Shown in pieces: positions 27,378 through 37,651 of a stretch of DNA of 64,000 nt. The position numbers were made by a program, and so were the translations under genes. The notes under the pieces were generated by a model, which saw only the letters and a list, made by a program, of their open reading frames with translations, was not told where the DNA came from and ran no database searches. The first letter of the stretch is position 1; every line of letters starts with the position of its first letter. The stretch lies in IMG/VR virus record IMGVR_UViG_3300018424_000006, positions 62,001-126,000 of that record; one strand, given 5' to 3'.

Positions 27378-28977
27378 GTGGTGCTAGCTCCGCAAAGTTA
27401 TCAGCCAGTGGTTTGATAACCTCGTTCTCTCGAACATCGTAGTTTTCCCCTAGCGACGCAAACGGATTTAACCGCCCATGGCCGGAAGGAGCTGACTTCA
27501 GAATTGAGAGATACGAGAAGGTATGGAAGTTACTAGGATGCAATTGGAACTTAGGGTTCTTCATTTCATCTGACTTCTGGCTTCCTTTCTTCGTATTACT
27601 GGCTTTTTCTTGATCCACAACAGGTAAGGTAACTTTCATTAAAAAGCTATCTGACGCTGTCTCGAGTGTGCTCACTTCCCCATGTTTACTATTTATTTTC
27701 ATGATGTGATCAGTGGGGAATCGATTCAATACATTATCCAAAGCATGCTCGGTTAAACGGGCACCCTTCAATTCCTGCATTTTATACATCATGTTAAAGA
27801 TCTGACGTGTGATGTCAAACAAAACGAAACGAGTAGTCTCTAGCTGTTTCCCGATTGTATTCGGTAGATCTTTGGAATTTTCAAGACGTGTGAAGTTCTT
27901 GATAAGGTAAGCTAGGAAATCTTCGATACTTTCCAGATGGATGTTCTCAAATCGAAGTTTCTTAAGTACAAGACTATCCATATAGTTTCGTACGCTCTCC
28001 ATATGCTCATCCATTTTCTCAAGCTTCTGGGATTCTGAATCGATTACTCGATAAATGAAACGCGCTAATACACGACGCCACAAACGCGGTTTATCCATGT
28101 ATTCCGTAGTTACAAATCCTAGATCTGATATGTGGTCAAGTATATAGAAGAACGAACCTATCATGGAACGCAAACCTGCATCTTCTTCAAACTTATCTTT
28201 CGGTACAGCAATACGGAAATGAGTTTTCATCGTCATAGCCAGTTTCTTTGTACGAGTGGTAGGGTTACCATCACTCTCACAAATTACCCACTTATCTGAC
28301 GGATAGTTCTCTTCTGTAATGTTTTCTATGCCGTAGTGTACTTTGGTGTCGAAGTAACGCTTAAACGTCTCTGTAACACCCATAGAAGCGAATAGGTAGT
28401 TTGCTAGAAGGGTATGTCTACGCTTCACACAATCTTTGTCAGGCCAGTTATGTAACTTAGACCAAACAACGTCTTCCTTTACAGAAGTACCATTTGCTAA
28501 ATAGGATGTTTGTAACTTAGAGAAGTTAATGCGTGTACGAGTCAGCTGCACAAAGATGTTACCATCCTCAATCGAGAATAGATTGTCAATTAGTGCTGGG
28601 GAAATATGGAACTTCGCTCCACGGATACTCAATATCCCGCCACGATGAACATTTGGTAACATCAGGTATTTATACCATACCTTCGAACCGTATTCGAAAC
28701 GATAGCATACCATATAAATGTCCGAGTAACTGGCTTCATACTTGCCTTTTCGCTCTAGCCCTGACAACTGACACAATGCTCGAAATTGTTGCTCAGGCGT
28801 GCAGCGCGTAAAGCCTTGATAACGAAATCCCTCTGGGAAGTTTTTCGCAGCAGACTTTATAACGATGTCAATGTATTCTTCCGTTACGGCTGGTCGTAGC
28901 TGCTCAGTTGCAAGACCATCACAAATACTCGAATTAAATCGAGGCATTTCGTCTTGTAGCTGTCTGACTAAGTCCAT
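27370..28977 (-). CDS. Non-virion RNA polymerase subunit, beta N-terminal part (phiKZ gp123-like)
   Basis: MPRFN..ICDGLA, LPNV..GG..SIRGA.F.ISP and K..PSG.GRLNPF motifs; synteny with the capsid gene. Confidence 0.8.
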   Translation of the reverse strand: MDLVRQLQDEMPRFNSSICDGLATEQLRPAVTEEYIDIVIKSAAKNFPEGFRYQGFTRCTPEQQFRALCQLSGLERKGKYEASYSDIYMVCYRFEYGSKVWYKYLMLPNVHRGGILSIRGAKFHISPALIDNLFSIEDGNIFVQLTRTRINFSKLQTSYLANGTSVKEDVVWSKLHNWPDKDCVKRRHTLLANYLFASMGVTETFKRYFDTKVHYGIENITEENYPSDKWVICESDGNPTTRTKKLAMTMKTHFRIAVPKDKFEEDAGLRSMIGSFFYILDHISDLGFVTTEYMDKPRLWRRVLARFIYRVIDSESQKLEKMDEHMESVRNYMDSLVLKKLRFENIHLESIEDFLAYLIKNFTRLENSKDLPNTIGKQLETTRFVLFDITRQIFNMMYKMQELKGARLTEHALDNVLNRFPTDHIMKINSKHGEVSTLETASDSFLMKVTLPVVDQEKASNTKKGSQKSDEMKNPKFQLHPSNFHTFSYLSILKSAPSGHGRLNPFASLGENYDVRENEVIKPLADNFAELAPHE

Positions 28978-29026
28978 ACGTTTTCCTTTTTATTTGGTTG
29001 GTTCATAGGAATCATATCAAGTTGTA

Positions 29027-30214
29027 TTAAAATGCAAAGCCAAACATACGACCGAAGAATCCTCCAATCGCTCCAAAGAAGTCAGCTACTTTTCCAAGGA
29101 AACCTGTGGAGTCTTTTGCTTTACTCCAACGGGCATCTCGAGCGGCCTTTTCTTTTTCTGCTTTATGTAGACTCTTCAGTTCTTCAAGTTCTTTTTCAAG
29201 CTTGACCTTTTCTTTAGCCTGCTCTTCTTTAAACTCTTCAAATTTCTGTTCTAACTTTGCCTTTTCTACCTTGAGGAACTGTTCGTTCTTCTTGATTTGA
29301 TCCTTGGTATATTGAGTTTCTGGTTTACGGTTATCGATCTTGGCTTCTTGCTCAGTTTCGTATAAACGTATTCCGCCTTTACCTTCACCTTCCAATAAGT
29401 CTGTAATACTGCAGACTATTTCTTTTTCATTTGTATCTAGAAAATATTTGTATCTGATACGTACTTCTTCATTTGGTAGGGTGGAGTCTGTGTTTACTTT
29501 AATCTTTCTAGTGCTATCCAAGAAGGGCAGATAGAGAGAAGTAAAGCGACGATCATTCGAAGAGATTGTTATCTCAAGTCCGAATGCTTCTAGAGGATCT
29601 CGGTTCTCATATTCCTCAGCATAAAAGTGAGGCGTTTCTTCAGCTAGCTCTTTGTCTAGGAAGAACATGAAATGACATCCGCTAAAGCGAAAGCCTCTGT
29701 CATGATTAAGAACATTCTCTAGAGTTGTTGTTTTTGAAATGAAGTTTCGAGTGCCGTTTAACTTACGCTCGTTATGAGTATATGGACAATAGTCAGTATG
29801 ATGGCTTTTATCGTTCTGAGGATAAACTCCAACGCTATAGAATTCTCGTACAGCTAAATCGTATTCATCTCTAGGATTAATACTAATGCTACCGTTTTCT
29901 ATAATAGACTTGGTCATCATTTTCTCTGGATCATAATACTCCAGAACAGTTAGGACCTTCGCTACATTCTTATCATTCCGAGAATGGATTTCCATGATTC
30001 TACCATTTGGATGCTTGGCATAAATAGTTGAACCTAGGTTGTTTTCAATTACACATGCAGTATCTAAAAACTTCAATTGCATGTCGCCCCAAGGACCACT
30101 CGCAGCTGAAGGTTTAGTTAATGTATGAAATTGCTGAGGAGTATTGCAGTCTCGTATATCTTCTAATATACGACCGCTGATTTCCTCATGGCCTGCAGTA
30201 GTTAACATAGCCAT
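29027..30214 (-). CDS. Conserved hypothetical protein (gp122-like), C-terminal coiled coil and amphipathic helix
   Basis: Position between capsid and nvRNAP genes; K/E coiled coil; FLGKVADFFGAIGGFFG tail. Confidence 0.65.
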   Translation of the reverse strand: MAMLTTAGHEEISGRILEDIRDCNTPQQFHTLTKPSAASGPWGDMQLKFLDTACVIENNLGSTIYAKHPNGRIMEIHSRNDKNVAKVLTVLEYYDPEKMMTKSIIENGSISINPRDEYDLAVREFYSVGVYPQNDKSHHTDYCPYTHNERKLNGTRNFISKTTTLENVLNHDRGFRFSGCHFMFFLDKELAEETPHFYAEEYENRDPLEAFGLEITISSNDRRFTSLYLPFLDSTRKIKVNTDSTLPNEEVRIRYKYFLDTNEKEIVCSITDLLEGEGKGGIRLYETEQEAKIDNRKPETQYTKDQIKKNEQFLKVEKAKLEQKFEEFKEEQAKEKVKLEKELEELKSLHKAEKEKAARDARWSKAKDSTGFLGKVADFFGAIGGFFGRMFGFAF

Positions 30215-30255
30215 TGCTCCTTTATTTCTAATAATTATTGTTTCTAGTCATTAAG

Positions 30256-30286
30256 GTAATATAGAATTTCAAATATCTGGAGAACG
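30256..30286 (-). promoter_or_regulatory. Early promoter 5 (drives the nvRNAP operon)
   Basis: CGTTCTCCAG-N12-CTATATTAC; early expression of an nvRNAP subunit fits phiKZ biology. Confidence 0.8.
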
Positions 30287-30303
30287 GCAGAAAAGCTGCT
30301 TCA

Positions 30304-31380
30304 CTAGGAAGCAGCAAAAAGAGATTCTTGGACGACCGGGGAGTCGACTAAATCAATTTGGTCTTGGTGGCGGTCTAGAAGTAAGGTAGAATCTAAATAA
30401 CCTGCCAAATCTGGAATCTCGTGAATGATTTCCAATATTAATTTGCTAGCTACATATTCCTTACCTAGGCTATCCAATAATGACGGATGTCTGCTAACTA
30501 ACATCTTAAGGTGCTGGCCTGTAAGATTATCGGTAGGTAAGACTGTTGCTATACTTGGATCTTTATTAATCAAGTTTTTAATAGCTTGACTAGACAACCT
30601 GTCTAGAGGAAGAAAGGATAGTAGGGTTCTATCCATATCAATAAGCATGCAAATTAAGTCGGAGTTTAAACGGTTACGCACAATTAAATTGCGTAATAAG
30701 TTTCTATCTCTGACGATATCAATCGCTAGCGATTTAGTAGGAACCGCCATGTAATCTATCTCGGCCATTTTAGGACCTCCTTCATAAATGTATCTTCCGC
30801 TTAATAAACCTTTATTTCTAAACATCGGATAAAGGTCAGGACGAGCTTCTGCTAAACGTTCAGCTTCATTTGTGTTTAATTCTTCGATGGGATAATTCCA
30901 ATCTAAAATGAAGGGGTGTTGCTTAGCAAGGCGGTAGCGCTGATGCTTGGTTAGAAAACTTAAATCTAGGGTCGGTAGATAGTTGCCGTATCTGCCCAGT
31001 AAGATAGCCAAGTTTTTATAGTCGAAGACTGTTTCCTGAAACCATTTATGTCCAAGCCAATCTTTTCTTTTTAAAAGAAGAAGCTGTTTATGCTTAGGAC
31101 CTAGTCTCATGAAGTCTCTCTGGCTAATAAGCTCTAACTCGGCATGCGGCTCCATGAGTACGGTAAAGAGTTGAACATCGGTGAAGTCGTTTACTTTCAT
31201 TCCTAACTTCAACGGTGCCATAAGAAGGAACTGGTAGCGGTCAATAGCAGGCACTTTATCGAAGGCTTTAAAGGAAGGGAACCTTGATAGCAATTCAGCT
31301 TTCTTGCAAATTGATCTATGTTTATCTAACTCTTCTTTATGTAACTTCTTCAAGGCGTCCAGTAGTATTCTAAAGTCCAT
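30304..31380 (-). CDS. 24-residue helical repeat protein
   Basis: Start moved to MDFRILL (RBS GGAG) because the track start lies inside the capsid terminator; repeats such as LINKDPSIATVLPTDNLTGQHLKM. Confidence 0.7.
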   Translation of the reverse strand: MDFRILLDALKKLHKEELDKHRSICKKAELLSRFPSFKAFDKVPAIDRYQFLLMAPLKLGMKVNDFTDVQLFTVLMEPHAELELISQRDFMRLGPKHKQLLLLKRKDWLGHKWFQETVFDYKNLAILLGRYGNYLPTLDLSFLTKHQRYRLAKQHPFILDWNYPIEELNTNEAERLAEARPDLYPMFRNKGLLSGRYIYEGGPKMAEIDYMAVPTKSLAIDIVRDRNLLRNLIVRNRLNSDLICMLIDMDRTLLSFLPLDRLSSQAIKNLINKDPSIATVLPTDNLTGQHLKMLVSRHPSLLDSLGKEYVASKLILEIIHEIPDLAGYLDSTLLLDRHQDQIDLVDSPVVQESLFAAS

Positions 31381-31419
31381 GTTGATTCTCCATAATCTTT
31401 TCTCTACTAGATTAGAAGG

Positions 31420-31462
31420 CGGCATAAAAAATAACCCCTCAGCTATTCGCTGAGGGGTTATT
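31420..31462 (-). terminator. Major capsid gene terminator
   Basis: AATAACCCCTCAGC/GCTGAGGGGTTATT plus TTTTATGCCG. Confidence 0.8.
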
Positions 31463-31488
31463 TTCAACTAGTTACTTTAAAGCAGCTA

Positions 31489-33618
31489 TTAGCTTACTTT
31501 AGGAGTAGCCGTTAGGAACAAGCTTTCTAGGCCAGTTACCGTGATAGCACCTAGTACTGGACATAGTACGTGGTGACGGTTACGAGGCTGAAGCTGGATT
31601 TCATTGCTAGTAGCAGAGCCTTTAGAAGTAGCCGCACGGAAGATCAATGAAGTAGTAACACCATGGATACCGAAGTTCAATGGGTCAGCAGCGTCAGCAC
31701 CTTTACGGCGTAGAGCGATCTTGATTTGACCACGTAGACGTTGGTCATCAGTAGCAGCAACGCGGAAGCTAATGCCGTTACCTAGAGTACGAGCATCGCC
31801 AGACTTCATTAGAAGAGAAGCGATTTGTTCGTCGGTACCGATAACAACTTCATATTCGCGAGAACCAGGTACAGTCTTAAGTGCAGCAGTGTAGCCAGAC
31901 TCAAGAACCATGCGGTGAACGATAGCAGTTACAGAGTTCAAGATTGCTTCGCGTAGGTCGTCATAAGAACCGCTAGAGCGAGCAGAGATTACTTGAGCAG
32001 CAACGTCTACAGTTTCAGATGCATACGTAGGAGTTACTAAAGTAGAACCAGCGAATGCAGAAGTACCGGCTAGGCCAGAGTTAGCAGCTAGAGCAGCTTC
32101 CATTTCTAGTAGAGTATCTACAGCACGGTTAGCGTTACGGATACGGTTAGTAGCGTTAAGCGCTTCGATAGTTACGCCGTAATGGTCGCCAGATACTGGA
32201 GAGATAGTAGAGATTGGGCTCTGTAGCTCAACAGGTAGACGATAGGTAACAGTGCTACCAGATTCTACGCTTAGACCGCGAGAACGCATGTTGCTGTTGC
32301 TACGACGAGCAGCAGGCATTGTACCAAGGATAGTGATAACAACGTCATCAAGACCAGTGATGTCCGCGATAGGAGTCATACCATCGTCGCCACCAACGAA
32401 ACCGGTAACAGTAGCTTTAACAGCGTTAAGCTCGAAAGAACCAGTAGTGGTGTTAGCGTCACCAGAAACTTTAACTTCGAAAGTCATTGCCCAATCAGCA
32501 GCTGCGCCAGCACTTACATCGTCAGCCAATTCTAGAGCTGCAATAGAGGCACCAGTGATGTCTTTAGTGTTCTTGCGAACTTGTAACTGACCAGTGAAGT
32601 TAACAGTTAGATCAGAGCTGTCGCCTTCAGCAGGACGAGTGAATAAAGAACCTTGCATACCTGCAGTAGATAGCTTAAAGGTCATGTCAACACCAACTGC
32701 AGAGTTTGCAGATGGGTTAGAGATGTTGATGTAAAGATCGCCAACAGCTAGGTTAGGATCGATAGTATCAGTTTCGTCTTGTTCGCCAAGGATAATGCCT
32801 GGATGAGCAGATAGAGCCAATAGGTCTACTTTCTTGCCCATAGCGATAGGACGAGTGTCAACTTCAGTACCGTTTATAGTTTCTTTGAAAGCAGCTACTT
32901 GTGCTGCAGGTACTAAGTAAGCATCGTTTTCGGCTTTAGAAACAGGTACGATTTTAGTGCTGTCGTTTGCTAGGATGCTAGCGTCACGTACGGCAGCTAC
33001 TAGAGATTTCTTGTTGATGTCAGTTGGAGCACCAGTGTTACCACGAACAGTACGGTTATAAACCTTAGGTACTTTAACTTCAACATCGATACCAGACTTA
33101 CCGGCCGGGATCATTTTAGTGCGGAAGAAAGCTTCGGCGAAAGCGTCGCCAGATGCATTCAGTGCGTTGAAAACAACAGAAGCGGCAGCGAAGTCAGCGA
33201 AAGCGTTTTGGTCATAGCCTTCCATACCAGCAACCATGGTTTCGGCATTGAAGTCACGACCTAATACGTTTTGGCCTTGTTGTGGCTTCATGAAACCTTG
33301 AGCGAATTTTGCAGGATCTTGAGCAGCATAGATAGTGGCAACAGCAGCTTCGATACCGGCAGTAATTGCAACTTCGTCTTCGCCATATTCAGCTTTAAGA
33401 ACTTTCATGAAGCCGTCATCAGAGCGTAGAGAACCTGAAAGAGTTTGCATTTGGTCAGCAAAGCCTTGTTGGGCAGCGATGTCACCTAAAGATTCCATAC
33501 CGGCTACAACAACATTGGCTGCGCCTTCAGGAGCGATAGCTGCACCTTGGGCTGACATTTGGCTAGATACGAAATCGATCGCTTCATCAACCGTTGATTT
33601 TTGAGTAATTTCAAACAT
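31489..33618 (-). CDS. Major capsid protein (phiKZ gp120-like)
   Basis: FN...A..D.FAEAFF.T, ARRSNSNMRSRG and VVIGTD..IA..LM..GD.RTLG motifs; strong codon bias; propeptide with AGxE sites. Confidence 0.9.
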   Translation of the reverse strand: MFEITQKSTVDEAIDFVSSQMSAQGAAIAPEGAANVVVAGMESLGDIAAQQGFADQMQTLSGSLRSDDGFMKVLKAEYGEDEVAITAGIEAAVATIYAAQDPAKFAQGFMKPQQGQNVLGRDFNAETMVAGMEGYDQNAFADFAAASVVFNALNASGDAFAEAFFRTKMIPAGKSGIDVEVKVPKVYNRTVRGNTGAPTDINKKSLVAAVRDASILANDSTKIVPVSKAENDAYLVPAAQVAAFKETINGTEVDTRPIAMGKKVDLLALSAHPGIILGEQDETDTIDPNLAVGDLYINISNPSANSAVGVDMTFKLSTAGMQGSLFTRPAEGDSSDLTVNFTGQLQVRKNTKDITGASIAALELADDVSAGAAADWAMTFEVKVSGDANTTTGSFELNAVKATVTGFVGGDDGMTPIADITGLDDVVITILGTMPAARRSNSNMRSRGLSVESGSTVTYRLPVELQSPISTISPVSGDHYGVTIEALNATNRIRNANRAVDTLLEMEAALAANSGLAGTSAFAGSTLVTPTYASETVDVAAQVISARSSGSYDDLREAILNSVTAIVHRMVLESGYTAALKTVPGSREYEVVIGTDEQIASLLMKSGDARTLGNGISFRVAATDDQRLRGQIKIALRRKGADAADPLNFGIHGVTTSLIFRAATSKGSATSNEIQLQPRNRHHVLCPVLGAITVTGLESLFLTATPKVS

Positions 33619-33756
33619 GTTTGTTTCCTTCTTACAAAAGAAAAAATTAAAATTTCACTGACCAAAGAAAGGCACGATGGCCAGCATACACCAGTGTCAT
33701 AACATAATGTGGATAAAAACTACCCAACATTAAAATCTTTCAGTTAAATGGATAAC

Positions 33757-34197
33757 TTAAGGGCGTCTAAGCTTCTTAAAGTTATCATACTCTTTAGAGA
33801 GCATCATTTCGCTAATGCCTTTACATTTAGCGAACTGACATAAAACTTGAGTTGCCAACTCAATACTAGCAAAAGCTTGTATTGGAGAATCGGCACATTC
33901 ACATAAAATTAGATTACCATCTATGGTAATTTCTGCTTTTAATGTGGAGTTGTGATGTTGATAGTTCCAAGGAACAGATCCCTCTTGAACAGGAACGTCA
34001 AAGTAGTTCTCAATTCCTAATTTAACTAGCGCCGGATGTTGAGAAAACTTCTCTGCTTCTAATGCCAAGAAGTGTCGATCTTCATAACTAAAATCATCAA
34101 GGATTTTAGAAAGTTCAACGGAAGCTAAACTTTCATATCGTTCCTCTAAAGCATTCGCAATAGTGGACGGTAAAAATATAAATTTCATCTTTATCAC
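33757..34197 (-). CDS. Hypothetical protein (gp119 position)
   Basis: Between the helicase and capsid genes; FIFLP N-terminal motif. Confidence 0.6.
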   Translation of the reverse strand: MIKMKFIFLPSTIANALEERYESLASVELSKILDDFSYEDRHFLALEAEKFSQHPALVKLGIENYFDVPVQEGSVPWNYQHHNSTLKAEITIDGNLILCECADSPIQAFASIELATQVLCQFAKCKGISEMMLSKEYDNFKKLRRP

Positions 34198-34267
34198 CTG
34201 AAGAAGATAATAGTGGCTTCCACACTATAAGCAAAGATTAAAGTACTATAGAACCTAGGAGTTCTTA

Positions 34268-35845
34268 ATGAACAGCTCATTTCTAGTGATCCTGAAAGGG
34301 ATTATTGCCGCCTTTCTTAATAGAAGGCTGGAGGACGACAAACTTGACATCAAAGATGAGTTACGGTCCGTTTTAAAGGAAGTTCGTCTACCTACGAACT
34401 TAATGGGTACGGGTAGTGATGGCGATATAGGTTCAGGACTTAGAGATACCCTTTCGTGGGTATTAGATTATAAAGAAGATCAAGAGTTAACGCCAGAAGA
34501 TGTTCTTGCTAGAGTCCAAATCAATCTACACACCGATACTCACTATGCAGATGTTATTCGTACGGCTATATCGAACGAAAATGAAACAAAGGAAAGAACT
34601 CGTATTCGTGTCTCTACTAATATGAGTGAAATTCGCAGCGAGTTAGGTAAACAACGACTACAGACAAAAATTCGTGAAGCAAATAAAACTTTGAATAGTT
34701 CGGATTCTTATCTGGATAAAGAAGAGTTCTTAGGCAACTTAATAGAAAGTCTAAACGAATTTAAGAGTGAGTTAAAAGAAGGTGGACCTGTTTCCCAATC
34801 TTCTCTTAATTCCGATGACCCTGAAAGTATCCGTACTATATTTAAACAAGCGCAAGAAAGTGTTTCGGCAGATGGCGTATTAAAGACGGGACTGGTGGGT
34901 CTAAATAAAATGTGTGGAGTGGGCGGTATTGTCCGAGGCCTTTATGTAAATATAGGTGCCCTTACCCACAACTATAAAACTGGTTTGTTACTTGACTTGT
35001 TTAGGCAGATCCCAATGCATAATAAACCCTTTATGCTTGACCCGTCTAAAAAGCCTTTAGTATTACGTGTCAGTTTCGAAAACCGCATAGAGCAAGATTT
35101 ACCTAAGCTCTATAAAGATATTAAAGAACAAGAGACCGGCGAGAAGGTAGATATTAAATCCATTAATGTTGATGATGCAGTTGAATATATCTCCTCTAAA
35201 CTTAAACGCAATGGCTATCATTTTGCCATGGAATTCTTTTCTCCTAATGACTTTACTGTGGACGATCTAATAACCGTCCTTGAAGAGTATGAGTCTAAGG
35301 GTTACGAAATCCATCTTCTTAATCTTGACTATCTAGAATTAATTGCTAAAGCAAAAGGGAATGCTAGACCTGACCAAGTAATTACTGACTCAGCGGAGAA
35401 GTTACGTGGTTATTGTTTCCCGAGACGTATTACTGTTATTACAGCTCACCAGCTGTCTACAGAAGCACAAGCTCTGTCTCGTGAAGGAACGTCTAACTTT
35501 GCTAAGCGTGTATCCACCGGTGGTTGGTATATGAACTGTAAGTCATTGCACACTAAGCTGGACTTAGAAATCATTTGCCATATCCACAAAACAGAAGAAG
35601 AATCTTATCTCACATTTGCCCGTGGTAAACACAGGGGTGGTGAAGAAACGCCTATGAGTCATCGATACTTCGCGTATAAGTTCCATCGCATTGGGACAAT
35701 ACATGACGATATCGATAAGGAAGTACCCGAAGTCATTTATAATGTTTCGGAAGGTATGCAGTCAGTAGAAGGCGCTAAACAAGAATCTAATAATCAATCT
35801 CAAATGGGGAATAGTAATGCCAATAGCGATGATGCCGACTGGTAA
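34268..35845 (+). CDS. dnaB: Replicative DnaB-like helicase (phiKZ gp118-like)
   Basis: LKTGLVGLNKM, variant Walker A GALTHNYKT, SFEN, LDYL, TAHQLS and RGKHRG arginine finger. Confidence 0.9.
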   Translation: MNSSFLVILKGIIAAFLNRRLEDDKLDIKDELRSVLKEVRLPTNLMGTGSDGDIGSGLRDTLSWVLDYKEDQELTPEDVLARVQINLHTDTHYADVIRTAISNENETKERTRIRVSTNMSEIRSELGKQRLQTKIREANKTLNSSDSYLDKEEFLGNLIESLNEFKSELKEGGPVSQSSLNSDDPESIRTIFKQAQESVSADGVLKTGLVGLNKMCGVGGIVRGLYVNIGALTHNYKTGLLLDLFRQIPMHNKPFMLDPSKKPLVLRVSFENRIEQDLPKLYKDIKEQETGEKVDIKSINVDDAVEYISSKLKRNGYHFAMEFFSPNDFTVDDLITVLEEYESKGYEIHLLNLDYLELIAKAKGNARPDQVITDSAEKLRGYCFPRRITVITAHQLSTEAQALSREGTSNFAKRVSTGGWYMNCKSLHTKLDLEIICHIHKTEEESYLTFARGKHRGGEETPMSHRYFAYKFHRIGTIHDDIDKEVPEVIYNVSEGMQSVEGAKQESNNQSQMGNSNANSDDADW

Positions 35846-36494
35846 GAAACTAAGTAGTAAACGACTGGCGTTATGCCCTAACTGTTTATTTCCAGTAAAA
35901 CGTACCCTTTACATGGGTTTCCAAGATTCCTATCACTGCCAGCGCTGTGGTAGTTTCGAGCCTTGGAGTAGTCGTCTTTCTATTCGTAATCCGAATAACC
36001 CTAAGAAGACGGGACGTTTCCCTACTAGCCTTTTGGAAGTATTTGGTAACAATCTTAAGAAGTTAGGTATTCAGGAAAATACTAAATACTTTAACTTGGG
36101 CATCGTTGCCAATAAAGACATGACTAAATTTGTCTTTAAGGAATCCGGTATTCTTAAGAAGCTTAATGGCTTTGGCGGTAAGGTATCTCCCGTATCTAAC
36201 CTTAAGGAAGCTTGTGTGAGTTCTCTTGAGAAAAGTACTGGAGTCACGACTAAGGCTGACGATTGGATCTATATCGATTCTATTGCTCGTCGCGAAGTAG
36301 AAGAAGCATTAGGTTACGACTCTCCCTTAGTGGGATTAGTAGGTATGCTGATTCATGCGGATGACGATGTCTTTTGGGACGTTTCTTGTAAAGAAAGAAC
36401 TCGGGTATTGGATCTAGAAGAGCTAGCTAAATACGAAGATGGTGATCTTGGTATCGACGCCGGTTTAGTAGAACGTATCCTATCTAATTCTTAA
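35817..36494 (+). CDS. Zn-ribbon fused to a degenerate Nudix domain
   Basis: CPNC...CQRC; LNGFGGKVSPVSNLKEACVSSLEKSTGV keeps Nudix-box spacing but lacks the E/R residues. Confidence 0.6.
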   Translation: MPIAMMPTGKKLSSKRLALCPNCLFPVKRTLYMGFQDSYHCQRCGSFEPWSSRLSIRNPNNPKKTGRFPTSLLEVFGNNLKKLGIQENTKYFNLGIVANKDMTKFVFKESGILKKLNGFGGKVSPVSNLKEACVSSLEKSTGVTTKADDWIYIDSIARREVEEALGYDSPLVGLVGMLIHADDDVFWDVSCKERTRVLDLEELAKYEDGDLGIDAGLVERILSNS

Positions 36495-36548
36495 CAAAAA
36501 AATAAAGCTATAACCCCTAGGCACTGTGCCTAGGGGTTATAGTCTTTT
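36495..36548. terminator. Bidirectional terminator
   Basis: CTATAACCCCTAGGCAC/GTGCCTAGGGGTTATAG. Confidence 0.8.
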
Positions 36549-37122
36549 ACGGTGCGTTATTTGCATATACGCTTAGAGGAGGCATTCCCATTTCTTTTAG
36601 ATCGTCAATGGCTTCTTCTAGATTCTCTTGATCTTCACTGTAATCTTTTTCTAAAATAAAGCTAACTAGCATTCTAAATGCTAACTGCATAGCTTCCATT
36701 GCTGTTTGTTCCCTAGTGAATATTTCTTCAAGAAACTGAATCTTGGAATCCGTCACTGCATTCTGGGGATGCACTGCCGCACAATAAGCTGAACCATAGC
36801 ACTCATCTAGCTGGAGAAATATCTCCATAGTCTCTTCTTCTGAAGTGGCTAAATCTAAGAGTTCCATTAAACGACTTGCTGGTCCAATTAAAGTAGATAT
36901 CAGTACTATGACACGGTCTGCATTACGCGCAATTCGTAGCATGTTCGATACCTCAGTCGTAACGTCATCCGCCGATATTAGCCCTTTCCCTATACGAGGA
37001 TCTTTGGTCTGTAGCTTTTCTATTAAACGCACTAACTCACGTAATGAATCCATGTAAGTCAGTGCAGCCTGAGTTCTCTGAGTTAGCAGAGCCAACTCTT
37101 TTACCTTAGCTGAAAAATCCAC
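36547..37122 (-). CDS. Hypothetical helical protein
   Basis: GTG start with RBS AAGGAG, overlapping the upstream gene. Confidence 0.7.
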   Translation of the reverse strand: MDFSAKVKELALLTQRTQAALTYMDSLRELVRLIEKLQTKDPRIGKGLISADDVTTEVSNMLRIARNADRVIVLISTLIGPASRLMELLDLATSEEETMEIFLQLDECYGSAYCAAVHPQNAVTDSKIQFLEEIFTREQTAMEAMQLAFRMLVSFILEKDYSEDQENLEEAIDDLKEMGMPPLSVYANNAP

Positions 37123-37534
37123 CTGTTTTCTCCTTAAGAATTAATAGAATATCCTCTGTCATAAATGAGACCAGAAGTATAAAGATTGCTAGTATTAGAA
37201 AAACATCAATTGTAATAATCAACGAGGCACTGTATCTAAACAGTGGAAGGGAAGCTGCAATAACAACCAAAAGTCCTACGCCAATATAAACTAGATAAAA
37301 GTTTGCGTACTGGCCATTAATATAATATGCCGCTAACCATACTGCCAAAATCCACAAGGTACGCACCGTAGTTCTCAGCCTCAACTCCCTCATCTTAATT
37401 CTTCGCATTATCCTTTTGACTTCTTTGGGGTTATTATTACCTCCTACTCCTATCTCCATTAGCTTCTTACCTACAAGTAAATTGTAGACAAAAATATTCA
37501 ATAAAATAACTGCAAGTAGTAGTACGTATTTCAT
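37106..37534 (-). CDS. Four-TM membrane protein (early)
   Basis: Hydrophobic segments; behind promoter 6. Confidence 0.7.
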   Translation of the reverse strand: MKYVLLLAVILLNIFVYNLLVGKKLMEIGVGGNNNPKEVKRIMRRIKMRELRLRTTVRTLWILAVWLAAYYINGQYANFYLVYIGVGLLVVIAASLPLFRYSASLIITIDVFLILAIFILLVSFMTEDILLILKEKTGGFFS

Positions 37535-37570
37535 AGCTACTCTCTTTTTTTGTTTGCCATATTCGCATTA

Positions 37571-37601
37571 GTAATATAGAATCGTACTAGCCTTAGACAC
37601 G
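37571..37601 (-). promoter_or_regulatory. Early promoter 6
   Basis: CGTGTCTAAG-N12-CTATATTAC. Confidence 0.75.
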
Positions 37602-37651
37602 TTTAAAACAGAAAGAGTATATTTTATGTATTTTATTAAGAGGGATTTAAA

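Noticed and set aside
31381-31467. N-terminal extension of the 387-aa ORF
   Set aside because: Runs through the capsid terminator; the ATG at 31380 has a good RBS.
33708-33716. Perfect DnaA box TTATCCACA (minus) upstream of the capsid gene
   Set aside because: Only one perfect copy and one weak neighbour; about one is expected by chance in 64 kb of AT-rich DNA.
34945-34985. Non-canonical Walker A (GALTHNYKT) as a sign of a dead helicase
   Set aside because: The Lys-Thr pair and other motifs are intact; similar variants characterise phiKZ-like DnaB as I recall.
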